A stretch of DNA of 46,356 nucleotides from Neocallimastix sp. 'constans' (taxonomy: Eukaryota), in NCBI GenBank assembly GCA_050613775.1, contig JBODTK010000110.1, positions 496,001-542,356 on the forward strand, given 5' to 3'. Every line of letters begins with the position of its first letter. Position 1 is the stretch's first letter. Shown piece by piece: positions 14,765 to 29,409 of the stretch. Below the pieces are notes generated by a model. It was not told where the DNA came from. It saw only the letters and a list, made by a program, of their open reading frames with translations, and ran no database searches. Position numbers and translations under genes: made by a program.

Positions 14765-14813
14765 ATAAAATAAAATACATAAAATATCTAAATAATATAT
14801 ATAAAGTGATCTA

Positions 14814-14855
<42 letters not shown>

Positions 14856-17164
14856 TTAAAAAATAATATTAAATAATAATTATTTAACATTATAAACTAC
14901 TAAGAAAATATATATATAATTAAATGTCTTTTCCAAAAAGTTTTGGGGATCTGTACAAAAATATAAAATAAAATATTTAATAATAATAATAAAGAATTGA
15001 AAATTATTAATAGAAATTTTAAACATTTAACAAAAAAAAAAAAAAAAAGTTTTCTTTTAAATCATTAATAATTATTGATTATTAATTATTTAAAATTTTA
15101 TTAATAAGTAACTTTAAAAAAAAATTGTATATTGTATAGAAAAATACTTTAACTCTAATACAATTTCGAAAAAATAAAAAAAAAATAAAAAAATGTCTTT
15201 AAAACTTAAATATCCCTTTAAATGTAATCATGTCATTGGTAAATATTATCACCTATTTTTTTTTTTTTATTTATATATTTATATTTAAATATATATACAT
15301 ATTCAAAATTATATATATTAATAGTATTCACTATTTTATAATTAAATTTGAAATGTAAATGTAAATAAAAACCTTTTTTTATTTTTTTATTTTTTTCTAT
15401 TTTATTTTTAACTTTTTTTTTTTTTTTTTGTTTTTCTTCTTCTTATATATATATATATGTATATAAAATTTAACATATGACCATTCCATAAAGATTTTTT
15501 TTTTACTTTATTTTTTATATTTTATTAAATTTTTTTTATTTTACATTTTCTATTGAATATTGAATATTTTTAATAAAAGATTTAAAGTATTTAAAAATTA
15601 TTTTTTTTTAAAAAAAAAAAAAAAAAAAAAAAGATACAAATTAATATATAATTACTTAATTGATATATAATAGAAAATAGAATAAGATTATTAAAGAAAT
15701 TACAATAATAATAATAATTAATCATTAATTCTTATTAAATAATTAATATTAAGATATCTAAATTATATATATAATACGTATATCTTATATATATATTATT
15801 TGCTAAGCTCTTTCATGATAATCAATTTAATGAATTAACAGTTTTTTTCTTTTTTTTTTTTTTTACTCGTATCATTTTATTTATATATATAAATTAACAA
15901 TTATTAATGATAATAATCAACAATAATATTAACTAATTTTATTTTGAAATCAGTAAAGACTTATATATATATAATTTTTCATCCTATATTTAATACATAA
16001 GAATATCTTTTCTTTTATTTTCAATAATTGATTTCTTTTAAAATTAATTTTAAATATATAAAAAAAAAGTTTTTTAAACATTTAATTTTTTAACATTGAA
16101 AAAAGGTAAAAGAAATACTAAAATAAAAATAAAAATAAAAATAAAATAAAATAAAAAATTGTAATAATTATTTTGTAATTAAAAATATTAAAAAAAATTT
16201 TTTTTTTTAATTTTCTCCTTTTTTAAAATTTCAAATTTAATATTATACATTACAATGTTGCCCAAAATTATTATAATAATAGTTTTTTTTAAAAAAAAAT
16301 TTGAATTACTTAATAAAAAAAATGAAAGAGTGTGTTATACGTGGTTATTTTAAAATATAAAATATATATATATATTATTAAATGGAAATGATATGATTTT
16401 AATAAGAAGAAATAATCAATTAGCAACAATATTTGAAGTATCTTATTTAGAATGACTATGAATATTTCAATTAGATTGTTAATTTTATGTAATATTATCA
16501 TTCTACTGCTGTTGTTTTATTTTATTTCATAATTCATAATTCATAAATTCATAATTAAAAAATAAATTATTTTAAATAATTATTTATTATTATATTTTAT
16601 AAAGATGAATCGCCTATAAAATATATATATATATATATATATAATAATTAACTATATAATTATTACTTCATGGAACCTCAAAGAATAAAAAAAAATAAAA
16701 AAAAAAAATAAAAAAAAAAATTAAAATACAAAAAATAAAATCTATTAAAATTATTATATTGTTAAATATATATATATTTATATATTGGTTCTTTAACATT
16801 ATTTTAATTTTTATTCTTTTTTTTTTATATTATTATTTTTTTAGTATATAATTTTATTAATCTATACTAGTTAAAAATATAAAATAAATAAAAATAAAAA
16901 TAAAAAAAAGGGAAATTTAATTTTTCTAAAATGGTTCAATTGAATTTTAATTATAGGTCATAAGCTTTTTAATATCATTAATATTAATAATAATAAAATA
17001 ACTTTAAATTATAACGAAATAGAAATGATATAAAATAGTAATAATAATAATAAAAAATATAATATATAAAACAATTAATAATAATTAATAAATTATAATA
17101 TTAATAATAATAATAAATAAAAAAAATGTATAATTAAATAAAAATAAAAAATACGAAAATATAT

Positions 17165-17195
<31 letters not shown>

Positions 17196-17589
17196 TTTAA
17201 AACTCTAAAAATTTAAAAATTCTTTTTTAATTTTTCCTCATTCTTTCCCTTCCACTCGATTCTAAACCAATTCATTGTCAAAATTAATAAACAATTTTAT
17301 AAAATATATAATAAAATATAATAAAAATAAAATATAATTTAAAGAAAAGGTATAAATTACAAAAAAAAAAAAAAAATACATTGTCTAATTATTGTCTTTT
17401 TTTTAAAAAAAAAATAAATAAATAAAAATTGAAATAAAATAAAATATATATATATAATAGTTTTATAGTTAAATATTATGGAAAATTTTAATATTTTATT
17501 AATATATTATCATTACATCTATATCGTTCTTAATAATAACAATTATAATAAAGCTTAATGTCCTATATAATAAATTAATAATTAAAAGA

Positions 17590-17625
<36 letters not shown>

Positions 17626-18005
17626 GTTTAACTAAATACAATGATTTAAAAATATATATATATTTTTTTTATCTTATTCAATATAATTATCTTCATAAAC
17701 ATATTTCAAAATTGTATTAAGAATTATACTTTTATTTTTTATTCTTAATTACAAATTAATATTAAAAAATTAAAAATTTTGACATCCCTAAAAATAACTT
17801 GTTAATGAAAGGTCTTTATATATATAAATTATTTTTTATAATTAATTTAAAAAATAAAAATAGAAATGAAAATAAAAATAGCAATATAAATATAAATAAA
17901 TTTTGTATTTTTTATAAGAAAATAAAAATAAATAAATACAATTTTAAATAATGAATAAATATATTTATTTATTTATTTATATTTATTTATATCATATCTA
18001 TATTG

Positions 18006-18056
<51 letters not shown>

Positions 18057-18263
18057 CAATATATTTTATATATTTTATATATTATTGAATTATAGATGAC
18101 AATATAAATAAAGGTTTTTAAAAACAATAATACAAAAAAATAAAAAATTAAAAAAAAAAAAAAAAAAAAAAGTATAAAAATAATTTTTATATATTATTTA
18201 TTTTTATTAATGGTAATTACAAATGCTTAAAATACATGAGTTTTTTATTTTAAATCATATATA

Positions 18264-18500
18264 TGTGGCATTAATAAATTCATGAATATATGCATTCATC
18301 ATATCGTCACGTGTTAAATATGACTTTCTTCTTTTATCACCCTCATTTTTTCTCTTCTCCTAACATTCCCCCTCCCCTTCCCCTCAAACCAGAATTTCTG
18401 TTTGTCAAAAATTCGATTTGTAAACTTTATCATCATTAAGATCTTTGGTTAGATCATCTGGAAACATAATGCATATTTTTTCTGAATTAATGTAGTCTAG

Positions 18501-18536
<36 letters not shown>

Positions 18537-21060
18537 ATTTTATTTATAATATTGTTCTAATTAAAATAATACTTAATTTCTTTATATTTATTATTTATTA
18601 TTTAATTCTTCATTTTCTATGGTGGTTTTACTTGCTAAATTGTCTGTATATATATATATATATATATATACATATATGTATTTTCTTTTTTTTACTTTGT
18701 TATAATTAAATTTTTCTTATAATATGTTTCTAAAATTTAAAAATCTTTTTGATACATTTTTTTTTTTTTAGACATAGCGATATATTCGGCCTCCATGTTG
18801 ATGTTGCTTCAACAGTTTTTTTTTTTTTTTTTTTCTTTCGGTTGAAGGCCAACATGTGAAATCTTTATCTTATTAATAGAATATTTCCAGATGTTAATTT
18901 TCTTTCTTCAAGATCTCCAGCAAAAATTCTGAATCACTGTAGCTAACGATTTCCTATGTTCCATGATATGTAATCTTATAATATTTAGAATAACTTAAAT
19001 TATTTTAAGAAAATGGTTATTACCTTGTTCCAATCGTATAAATTAAAGTTTTTCACAGTTACTTGGGATTTTACTTACTACAAAAGAAATAATAAGTTTT
19101 GTACACCTAAATAAATATATAAGTGATCCAATGGCACTTTTTTAAATATTGTTTTTTCGAATTTCCTTTTTCATTCAATTTTTTTTTTTTTTTCATTGAA
19201 TGTGCATTTATTACTACATGATGTTTTTCTTTGACTAACATTTAATATTTTGTATTTTTCTAATATATCTAATAATAAAATTGGTTTTGATCAAAAGTGT
19301 TCAAATCATAAGTCATTACCTTATTGTCATAAAAAGAATTATTCAATTCATTATTAATTGCTCTTACTCATAAATCCTTGTTTATACATGTAGGGAATAG
19401 TTGGATATATATATATATATTTTATTTTATTTTTTTTTTTTTTTTTATATTTTTCTGATGAAATCGGAGTATCTGGTCTTTTTGGTAGATTCATTAAACG
19501 AAATGTTAGGTATTTTATTAAATAATGAAATGGGTCTATCAATATCGATCAATATTGTGTATAGAAGGAGTTGAGTCATTACTTGAATTGGGATTATTAA
19601 AATTTGTTAACTCTTTTCGGTTCCTGATTACTAGTTAGAAAAATTTTATCTTTTAAGAGAAAGTTTATTATATTCAAAAATTATTTTTTTTTCATGTTTA
19701 GTATTGTAAGAAGTATTGATGGATTCAAGGTCTAATGATAGATCATTTATGAAATTCTTCAGAATTAGTAATACGTTCATCTTCTTCCTTACCTTGTTGT
19801 TATTAGGTTCTTTGTATTTTTTTTGTCATTAGTTGGAAGGTTTCTATTAGAATCCTTATTATTAGAAGATATTACTGAAATTTTCAGATATACTATTATT
19901 TCGGAGATTGTACGTAGGAGAAAAAGTTTTAATCATTCTCATCACAAAAATTTTGAACTCTTTTATTATCATATTCAGTCTTGTGATCGGTTCAGAAAGC
20001 TTTAATTTGTAGGAGAATTGCGTATTTAGATATGTAAAGAAATTAATAATAATTCAGGGAATTTCTGTTTTTTTTTTTTTTTTTTTTTTAAGGAGAAAGA
20101 TCCAGCTTTTTCTAGTATATTCATCAATAAATGTTAAGTATGTACCTTTTTTTCCGTATATGATTTTAGTGATCATTCCAATAACATCAGAGTATATTAT
20201 TTCAAAAGGAAAGTTAGCCTTGGAGGTTTTTTTGATTATGTGGTTTCCCACTGAGCTTTACAATCTTGTAATCCAAATATTTTAGGATTTTATCATTATG
20301 GATTGATAATTTTTTTTTTTTTTTTGTTTTTAGGTCTTCATAGTAAGAGTGTTTGAGTCTTCTGTGCCATAATAACTTGGAGTGCTAGACGAATTCGATT
20401 TAAAATTTTTTTAATTTTTCTTTTCTTCTGCTCCTGAAATAATATCAATGTATCGGTTCGAGCATTTTTTTTATTTTCCGATACAGTTTGGATTGTAGTT
20501 ATTGTCTTTAGCAATAAACATTCTAATAGATATAGTTTTCTTGTTATTATTGGTAATCTTTAATGTAAAAAATACTTTTCCCTTTCTTGATTTCAAATTA
20601 CATTTCAAACCACCTTTGATTAGTTTGATACTACTGAGATAAGACTTTTATTTCCATTCTTTGAGTATAGGACATTTTCGAATTTAATATAATGTCCATA
20701 AATTAAACCTTTGTTAAATGTCCATTCTATTATATTCATAGTTTGAATTATTTGTACATTTCATAATAATTTTTCGTTCTTTAAAGTTTACAAAATATCT
20801 TTATTATTAGTGATATATTCTGAAGAATCCTGCTGCATCGAAAGTCCAAAATAGTGATGTTATCTTATTGAATTGATAACGAATAAGATGTTATCCTCAG
20901 TATTTTTAGTATATTTATTATAAAGTGATTGCGAACTTATCTTTTGTAAATCCTGAATACATAATTGATATTTATAATAAAAATTAGAACTATTACAATA
21001 ATGAATATATAATAAATAATGTATCAGAATCTTTTAATAATTCTTTGAATAATTTATTTT

Positions 21061-21112
<52 letters not shown>

Positions 21113-21197
21113 ATTTTTATAAATTAATGTATGCATTATTAAAACAAAAATAATTTTTATCTTATAATGATTACTAAAAGAAAAGTGAAAGAATTTG

Positions 21198-21247
<50 letters not shown>

Positions 21248-21320
21248 AGGAAAAACCGACGAAATCAATATTTTAATTAAAAAAAACAAAACCCTGGAAT
21301 CCAAAACTAATTAATAATGG
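18264..21320 (-). mobile_element. Degenerate Ty1/copia LTR retrotransposon (internally deleted, frameshifted)
   Basis: Minus-strand remnants lie in copia order: protease-like WTFDAAG..EYITNNKD (~20850), GAG-pre-integrase KLLWHRRLKH (~20365), integrase core PFEIIYSDVIG...YLTFIDEYTRKSWIFLL (20054-20251), RT C-terminal AIGSLIYLFRC (~19120), and RNase H YSDS.FAGDLEERK.TSGNI (~18920), ATST.EAEYIAMS (~18790) and PDDLTKDL (~18445). A polypurine tract and a TG start follow. Outer boundaries are uncertain. Confidence 0.9.
18366..18385 (-). other. Polypurine tract (PPT) of the copia element, immediately followed by the putative 3' LTR start TGTTAG
   Basis: Minus strand reads GAGGGGAAGGGGAGGGGGAA|TGTTAGGAG, directly downstream of the RNase H remnant. 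Confidence 0.8.
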
Positions 21321-22335
21321 AAGACCTAAGAAATGGTATTGTTGAATTATTGTTTAAATATTTAATTAATTTAAATATTATTAATACATAAATACTGATT
21401 TGTAATATATGACAAAGTAATGATTAAATGAAAAAAAGATTATCAAAATTCTGTTGTCATTATTATTAATAATTAAAATTATTCTTAATTAAAAATCCAT
21501 AATTGTTTGAAATATTTTAATTTTTTTTAAAAAATTTAATTTAAAAAAAAAAAAAAAAAAAAAAAGAAATTAAAATATATCTTTATCATTAAATATTTCT
21601 AAATAATTATTTTATTTTTATTAATAACTTTTATATCTATATCATTAATCTTGTGAATACTATAAAACAAATTTTTATGTTTCTATTAATAACTTTTATA
21701 CTAAAAAGAAAAAAAAGTTTTCTATTAAAATGTATAATAAAAATAATATTAGATATTTTTATTAATAATTTTTATATCATTAACTTTATGAATACTATAA
21801 ATAATAAACATGAAGGTTAAAAAAATTTTTTTTCTAAAAAGTTTTATTTAAATATTTTATTTTTAAAGAATATTTTATTTTATTTTATTAAAAGTATAAT
21901 TGGAATATACATATATAATTTTAAAATGATTTTTGTAAATTAATTTCTGTAAAGAGAGCTGAAGATTGCACCAAGAATGACGTAATAAAATAATCACCAA
22001 AAATGATTTGGTTATTAAACAAAATATTTCATTCCTTTTATATATATATATATATATATATATAATATCTAAATCAATAATAAAATAAAATAAAATTTAA
22101 TTTATTATATTAATAAAGTTTTGTTTGTTTAATTTTACCATCAATAATAAATTAATAATGGATCATAAATAGTCTTCAAATCTCTTTTTTTTTTTTTTTT
22201 TTTTCATTTAATCGAAGAAAAACAAGATTTGATAATATACTTATTTATTTTTAAACTATTGTTTGGGTAGTAGAATAATTTGAAATTTGAATTTCTTTAA
22301 TGAAAAATTCAATTCTAAATCGTGATGTCGTGATG

Positions 22336-22634
22336 TCATAATGAATTAAAAACTTCAAATTTAATCTTTTTTTTTTTTTTTTTTTTTTTTTTTACGATTT
22401 TATTTCTTTTTTTATGTTTTTTAATAAAGCAGTAACAACAAATGATAACGAGAAGTACAACCAAAACCACAATTCCTATGGTAAGAAATATAACACCCCC
22501 TAAAACCCCTTTAGCAGTCTCACTTTCAATGTGACCGCTACCCCCTGTTATACATTCACCTTCTACACACTCGTTTGAACCGCATTCTTTATCTTCTGTA
22601 CATCCATCCAAATTGGGGCTTTACCACAATGCAT
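22336..22634 (-). pseudogene. 3' part of a Cys-rich single-pass membrane protein gene (MHCGKA...C..D.EC.S..C..TM), frameshifted and lacking upstream exons
   Basis: ATG CAT TGT GGT AAA GCC CCA (MHCGKAP, from 22634) is out of frame with DGCTEDKECGSNECVEGEC...GVLGGVIFLTIGIVVLVVLLVIICCYCFIKKHKKR (TM plus basic stop-transfer). There is no splice acceptor just upstream. From memory it resembles an expanded family of anaerobic-fungal hypothetical proteins; this was not checked. Confidence 0.55.
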
Positions 22635-22839
22635 AATTGATAAAATAAAATAACAAATATAAAAAAATAATAATAATAATAATTTTTTTTTTTTTTTTTT
22701 TTTTTTTTAGACAGGGAAGAGAATACACTTCCAAAACTTTATTAATTTTATTTTAAAAAATACATGTAGGTGAAAAGTACATTTGAAATTAAAAATAAAA
22801 AAAATTTAAAAAATAAAAAAAAAATAAAAAAACTCGAAA

Positions 22840-23370
22840 ATACTATGTATTTTGGCAAGTTGTACTATGCGGGAATTTTTCCCTTCCTAACAAATAAAAA
22901 AGAAATAAAACCTAGAAGTAACATCTTTAAAATAGATAGTGTGGTGTCCACTAAACTCTCCCTGGATTCATCATTTTATTGAACTACTAGGACGAGATTC
23001 ATCCTTCGTAGAAATAGATGCTGATCCTGTATTATCATTATGCCTTATCAGTACGACGTCGACGTTCTTGGATAAGTTTGGTATTTTGCAATACCTATCA
23101 AATAATAGCTTAAACGAACTACTTATGATAGGTATTGCACTTGTTAAGAATTCCGCCAAGCCCACAATTTTTGGAACAGGTGACTCAGATGAACCTTTGA
23201 AAAGTAGTTCATTTAATTGTCTCTGTTCCCCACTATCGAAATGTAGCTCATTTAAAACTAAAGTCCCACCAAGAAGGAACAAGTATATATAATGATTGAT
23301 ATAATCTTCAAAATTAGAAATAGAGTCATAGGAAGAAAGAGGATTAAATACTCTAATCTTCCTAAGGAAT
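22840..23370. other. GC-richer coding-like segment of unknown identity
   Basis: Non-repetitive and visibly GC-richer than its flanks. Open frames exist on both strands (22939-23292 +; ~22971-23370 -), but no motif is recognisable. Confidence 0.35.
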
Positions 23371-23447
23371 AATAATAACAATAATAATAAATAAATAAAT
23401 AAATAATATAAATACAAAATAAAATTGATAAAATAAAATAATATAAA

Positions 23448-23505
<58 letters not shown>

Positions 23506-24390
23506 TAAATATAAATATAACAATGAATACACATAAAAAAAAACTTCATTTTTTTTTTTATTTTTTTTATTTTTTATTTTATTTTTTTTTATTTATTGAC
23601 ATTTTTTTAAAAATAAAAAAAAATTTTTTAAATAAAATTAAAATTAAAAAAGATTGAATTATAATTTTATAAAAAAATATATAAAATAAAAGAAAAAAAA
23701 GTTAATAATGTTTATAAAATAAAATATATAAAATATTTAAAAATAAATATTTAGTAAAAGTAATATAAAAAATTATTTGAAAAAAAAAAAATTCTTTTTA
23801 TATATAAATTTAAAAGTAATATATAATAAATATTTAATAAAATAATATTTTTTAAAAAAAATTATTAAATATTTATCTTAAATTAAATAAAATGAATATT
23901 ATTAATAGTAAAAAAAAAAAAAATAAAAATAAAAAATAAAAAAAAGAAATACATAAAATAGAATAAATAATAATAATAATAAATATATATAGATTATAAA
24001 ATTTTAAAATTTTATATCAATTTTACATATTTTTTTTTACTGAATTGTATTATTTTCTAAAGATTTTTACTATAGTTATAATCACTAATGTATTGTTATT
24101 AAAGTATTATGATATTAAAACATATTTAAAATAATAATAAACTATATAATAAAAAAAATTATAAAAATTAATATTATTGCATTATTATTATTATTCTTTC
24201 TTTTTCTTTTTCTTTTTCTTTTCTTTTTTTTTTTTTTTTTTTTTTTTAAGCTATTAAAATTTCATATAATCCAATTTTAAATTTAATAAATTAAAAATAT
24301 TTTAAAATTTGATAATATTTTGATATTACTAATGCTGTTGCTGTGAAGACTTTACGTTAAGTTTTCTTTTTTGTTTTCTTTTTCTCTTTC

Positions 24391-24426
<36 letters not shown>

Positions 24427-24588
24427 CTTTTATTATATAATTTAACATTAATATATAACAAAACTAAGAAAAAAAAAATAAAAAATAAAAATAAAAAATT
24501 AAAAATAAAAAAAGCTATATTTATGATGATAAAATTATATGATGAATCAAAATATTTAAAATTTATAATATGCGGAACTCTTTTCTTA

Positions 24589-24625
<37 letters not shown>

Positions 24626-24648
24626 GAAAAAAATTATAAATTTACTTA

Positions 24649-27600
24649 TTAATGATTATTGTCATTTTGTTGATTATTATTTGATGGTGAATATGATTGA
24701 GAATAGTTATTATTTGGTGAATAAACTGGACTAGTTGGTGAATAAGTTGGGCTCGTTGGTGAATAAACTGGACTAGCTGGTGAATAAGATGGACTTGTTG
24801 GTGAATAAGATGGACTAGCTGGTGAGTATGACGGGCTAGTTGGTGAGTATGACGGACTTGTTGGTGAGTATGATGGACTTGTTGGTGAATACGATGGACT
24901 TGTTGGTGAGTATGATGGGCTAGTTGGTGAGTACGATGGACTTGTTGGTGAGTATGATGGGCTAGTAGGTGAGTATGATGGGCTAGTAGGTGAGTATGAT
25001 GGGCTAGTAGGTGAGTATGATGGACTTGTTGGTGAATATGAAGGACTTGTTGGTGAGTATGATGGACTTGTTGGTGAGTATGAAGGACTTGTTGGTGAGT
25101 ATGATGGACTTGTTGGTGAGTATGATGGACTTGTTGGTGAATATGATGGACTTGTGGGTGAGTATGATGGACTCGTTGGTGAATATGTTGGACTCGTTGG
25201 TGAGTAGCTAGGCGTTTGACCTGTTGGGGTGAATGGTCCTTGTCCTGGACTCCATTTACCATCATTACTAGCATATGGAGAGAATACAATTTCTGGAGAC
25301 ATACCGCCCATTGAATAACTTGGAGATGGTGAACGAACAACATATGGAGTTTGTTGAGGAGATAATGCTCCACCAGCAGGACTCATAGCACCTGTCATAT
25401 TCATCATTCCATTTTGTGTAATAGAGGAAGCTGGAGCATTCAATAACATTTCTTCGTTAAGCATAACACCAAAGTCACCAGTACCAAGTGGTGCCAATTT
25501 ACCTAACATAATACAGGCACTAACACCCTTACAATCATCACTTTCACCAACACCTGCAGCTTCTACTAAAATTTCTACAGTTTCTTCGAATGAACACTTA
25601 GCCAAAGCACCAGCAGATGTTCTATTAATACCGTGACGAGTAATAGCCATAATGTGACCTCTATGAGTCATAACATCACAAAGAAGAGCAATGTGTCTGT
25701 AATTGACGTAACTACCATCGAATTCAATAACATTACGTAATTCCTTTAACAAAGCTAAACGTGTAGCTTCCACACCCAATACTTCCATAATTTCAACTGG
25801 AGAGTTAGAATAGACACGAGTAAAATCAACACCTTCAACTGAAAATACAGATTTTAAATTATTACCATCAGTTTCCAATATCCATTCATGACCAGAATTT
25901 TCATATTCACCTTTTTCATTAATAATAGACTTTTTCTTTTCGGTAATAAATACACGAAGAATACCTTCAATACCACAAAGAGTAATAGAATTCAACATCA
26001 TGTTTTCTACGGTCTTTAAGAAAACATCTTCTTCTATAGTTTGGTTTTCACTATCATCCTTACTGCCATTATCCCTAATTCTAGCCAGAATTGTTAATTG
26101 TTCAGCATTATCATCACTATGAATACACCATAAATCATTAGGGAATTCATCAGTAATCTTTTCGGCAATTTGTTCCATAGACAATTGTTTATCCATCTTC
26201 TTTTGTTCATCAATAATAACTCTTAATACCCATGGTGATAAAAGTTCTGGATTATTTTCAGATCCACCCATATTTTGTTCCATTTCCCAATATGCTTCAA
26301 CAAATTCACTATCCTTTTCAATAATTGTATGTTCTGGATCTGGATCATAATAAATTTCTGTGGCTTCTGTAATTTTTTTCAATGTAGTATGTTCTAATGC
26401 AGTTTGAATAATCTTAGCTTGTTCCATATTGTTGTTATATTCATCGGTTAAATAAACAGTTAAAGATGGTGTCTTAATATTCTTTGCAACATTAATTAAT
26501 TCCTTCAAACGTGGTACACCAAGTGTAACATTCTTTGAACTTACACCAGCATAGTGGAAAGTATTTAATGTCATTTGAGTAGCTGGTTCACCAATACTTT
26601 GAGCAGCAATAGTACCAACCATTTCACCTGGTTGGACTAGAGCTTGGTTAAATCTAACTTCAATTTCACCGATTAACCAATCAAAAGCAGCCTTATTCAA
26701 ATGATAATGTTCTAAAATTCTCTTAGTAGATAAACAAGTTTTAATTAAAGCAAAGAAGTTAATAGTTGAGTTAATTTGAGCTTCCTTACTTAACTTATCA
26801 TCACCTCTTACGACAACCAATTTCTTTAATAATTCGTCACGTTTTTCACAAATATATAATGGGTGAAGATCAGATTCTTTTCTCTTATTAATGGAGAAAA
26901 TATTTTGAGCATTCCATATTAAACGTCTTACATTAACAGGAAGTGGCCATGAACTATCACCATTTTTGAAAATAAATTCTCTGAATAACTTTCTATCTTC
27001 TTGTAAACTTTTATATTCTTCATCTAACTTTTCTTGTACAACATTACTTTGTTGAGCTAAATCTTCTAAAATACTAAATTGTAAAGTTTTTGGTTTTAAG
27101 CCAAAGTCTTTATCAGTAAGATCAATTTTATAGAATTTTTCAAACTTAGCATCTGACATTCTAATTGATTCTAACTGTTGCTTTTCGACAGACGTACCAT
27201 CCATACCATCTTCACCATAACAAAATTGAATAATATGACCAAATGAATTACGTACAGTACCATCATATTTAATAGATACATCTTCCAATGATTTAATAAG
27301 ACGACGTTGAATATAACCAGTTTCAGCAGTTTTTACAGCAGTATCAATTAAACCTTCACGACCACCCATAGCGTGGAAGAAGAATTCTTGTGGAGTTAAA
27401 CCACGAAGATATGAATTTTCTACGAAACCACGAGATTCAGGACTTTGATCATCTTTGGTAAAGTGAGGAAGTGTTCTATATTTAAAACCAAATGGAATAC
27501 GTTTACCTTCAACATTTTGTTGACCTACACAGGCTGTCATTTGAGAAATATTAATGAATGAACCCTTACTACCTGAAACAACCATCTGCTTTACATTATT

Positions 27601-29370
27601 ATATTCACGTAAACTTTTTTGTGCAGAAGCACCAGCAGAATCACGAGCTTGATTTAAATGACGGTTAACTAAACTTTCAAAAGTTTCACGAATAGTTAAA
27701 CCTGGTTGGCATTCTAATTTACATTGTTGAGCCTGCAAAATAACTTCATTTACAGCCTGCTTTGCACTTGCAATAGCTTTATTAATAGTTTCCATAGTAT
27801 TTCTGTCTGCAATAGTATCACCGATACCAATACTGAAACCATTTTGAAGAAGCCAGTAATTAACTACTGTCTGTGTACCATTAAAGAATAACTTAGCTGT
27901 CTCTGGACCATATTCATTCATAACTACATGAATAATACCATTCTGTGAAGAGCCTACAGTTTTCTTACATAAAATACCAGCCAAAAGTTCACCATTTTCA
28001 ATTAAAACTTTTGTATCTCCTGGAGAAATATCGGTATCTTCATTATCAGGGTGTGTTGAATGATAACCAATAACATTAATTTTTGGAATAATTAAACTCA
28101 TAATTTGTTTTCCTGTCCATAATGGAATAGGTTTAAGAATACATGGAGGAGGAACAACACCATCCCAATCTGGAACCCACATAATAATATTCATAACAAA
28201 ATCTCTGGTTAAGAAACAATCACGCTTAGTAAATTTTCTAATACCACAAAGAGTATCTTGTACAATACCCATTACTGGCTTATTTGCTTGTGGAGATACA
28301 ATTTGTTTAGGTACCATACAGATTTCTTGAACTTCGGCCTTTGTTTCGTAAGATTGTGGAACGTGTAAATTCATTTCATCTCCATCAAAATCAGCATTAT
28401 ATGGAGAAGTAACAGATAAATTTAAACGAAAAGTAGAATATGGCATAACCTTAATTTTGTGACCCATCATACTCATTTTGTGTAATGAAGGTTGACGATT
28501 GAAAATAACCAAATCACCATCATTAATATGACGTTCTACTTTATAACCTACTTGTAAATGAACACTACCACTTCTTGCAAATTTTAAATCGATTCTATCA
28601 CCATTATCTTTGAATACGTACTTTGCACCAGGATGTTCATTTGGACCATTATTTACAAGTTGTTGAAGTTCATCAATATTAAATGGTGTAACTGTTTCAG
28701 GGAATGTTAAATTTCTTGCAATACTTCTTGGTACACCAACTTGATCAATAGAAATATTTGGATCACCAGTAATTACAGTACGTGCTGAAAAATCTACACG
28801 CTTACCCATAAGATTACCACGAATTCTACCTTCTTTACCTTTTAAACGAGCTCTAATTGCTTTTAAAGGTCTTCCACTTTTTTGCATAGCTTGCGGTATA
28901 CCTGCAGTATCATTATCCATAAATGTCGCAACATGGAATTGTAATAAAGCTTCATATTCATTTACAACGTGAGCAGGACTTCCATCTGCTTCATGATTTC
29001 TTAAATTTATATTTGCTCTTATAATATCACCAAGTTTATGTGTAAGATCATCTTCACCTCTAGCAGCACCTCCCATACTAATTGATGGTCGAACTGCTGG
29101 TGGTGGAACTGGTAAAACAGTAATTAACATCCATTCTGGACGGGCCCAGTTTGGATTTAATCCCATATCTATACAATCTGCATCTGAAATCTTCTTAAAA
29201 ATATTTAATACTCTTTCTGCTGTTAATACTTGTTTACCTGTATCACGTCCAATTCCCTCCTAATATAATATAATATTATATATATATATTTAATATACAA
29301 TATTTATAATTATTAATATTTCTTAACCTTTACTATCATCAATATAAATAAATAAACGAATAAAAATAAA

Positions 29371-29409
<39 letters not shown>

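Noticed and set aside
21292..21310. Possible copia primer-binding site and 5' LTR
   Set aside because: Only a weak resemblance to GGTTATGGGCCCAG, and the adjacent sequence does not match the putative 3' LTR
24715..25206. CRISPR-like regular repeats
   Set aside because: No unique spacers; this is the coding CTD array. No cas genes, and the locus is eukaryotic.
24642..25373. 243-aa [13 protein letters not shown] ORF and the antisense 25011-25211 ORF
   Set aside because: Alternate-frame shadows of the 21-bp RPB1 CTD repeat
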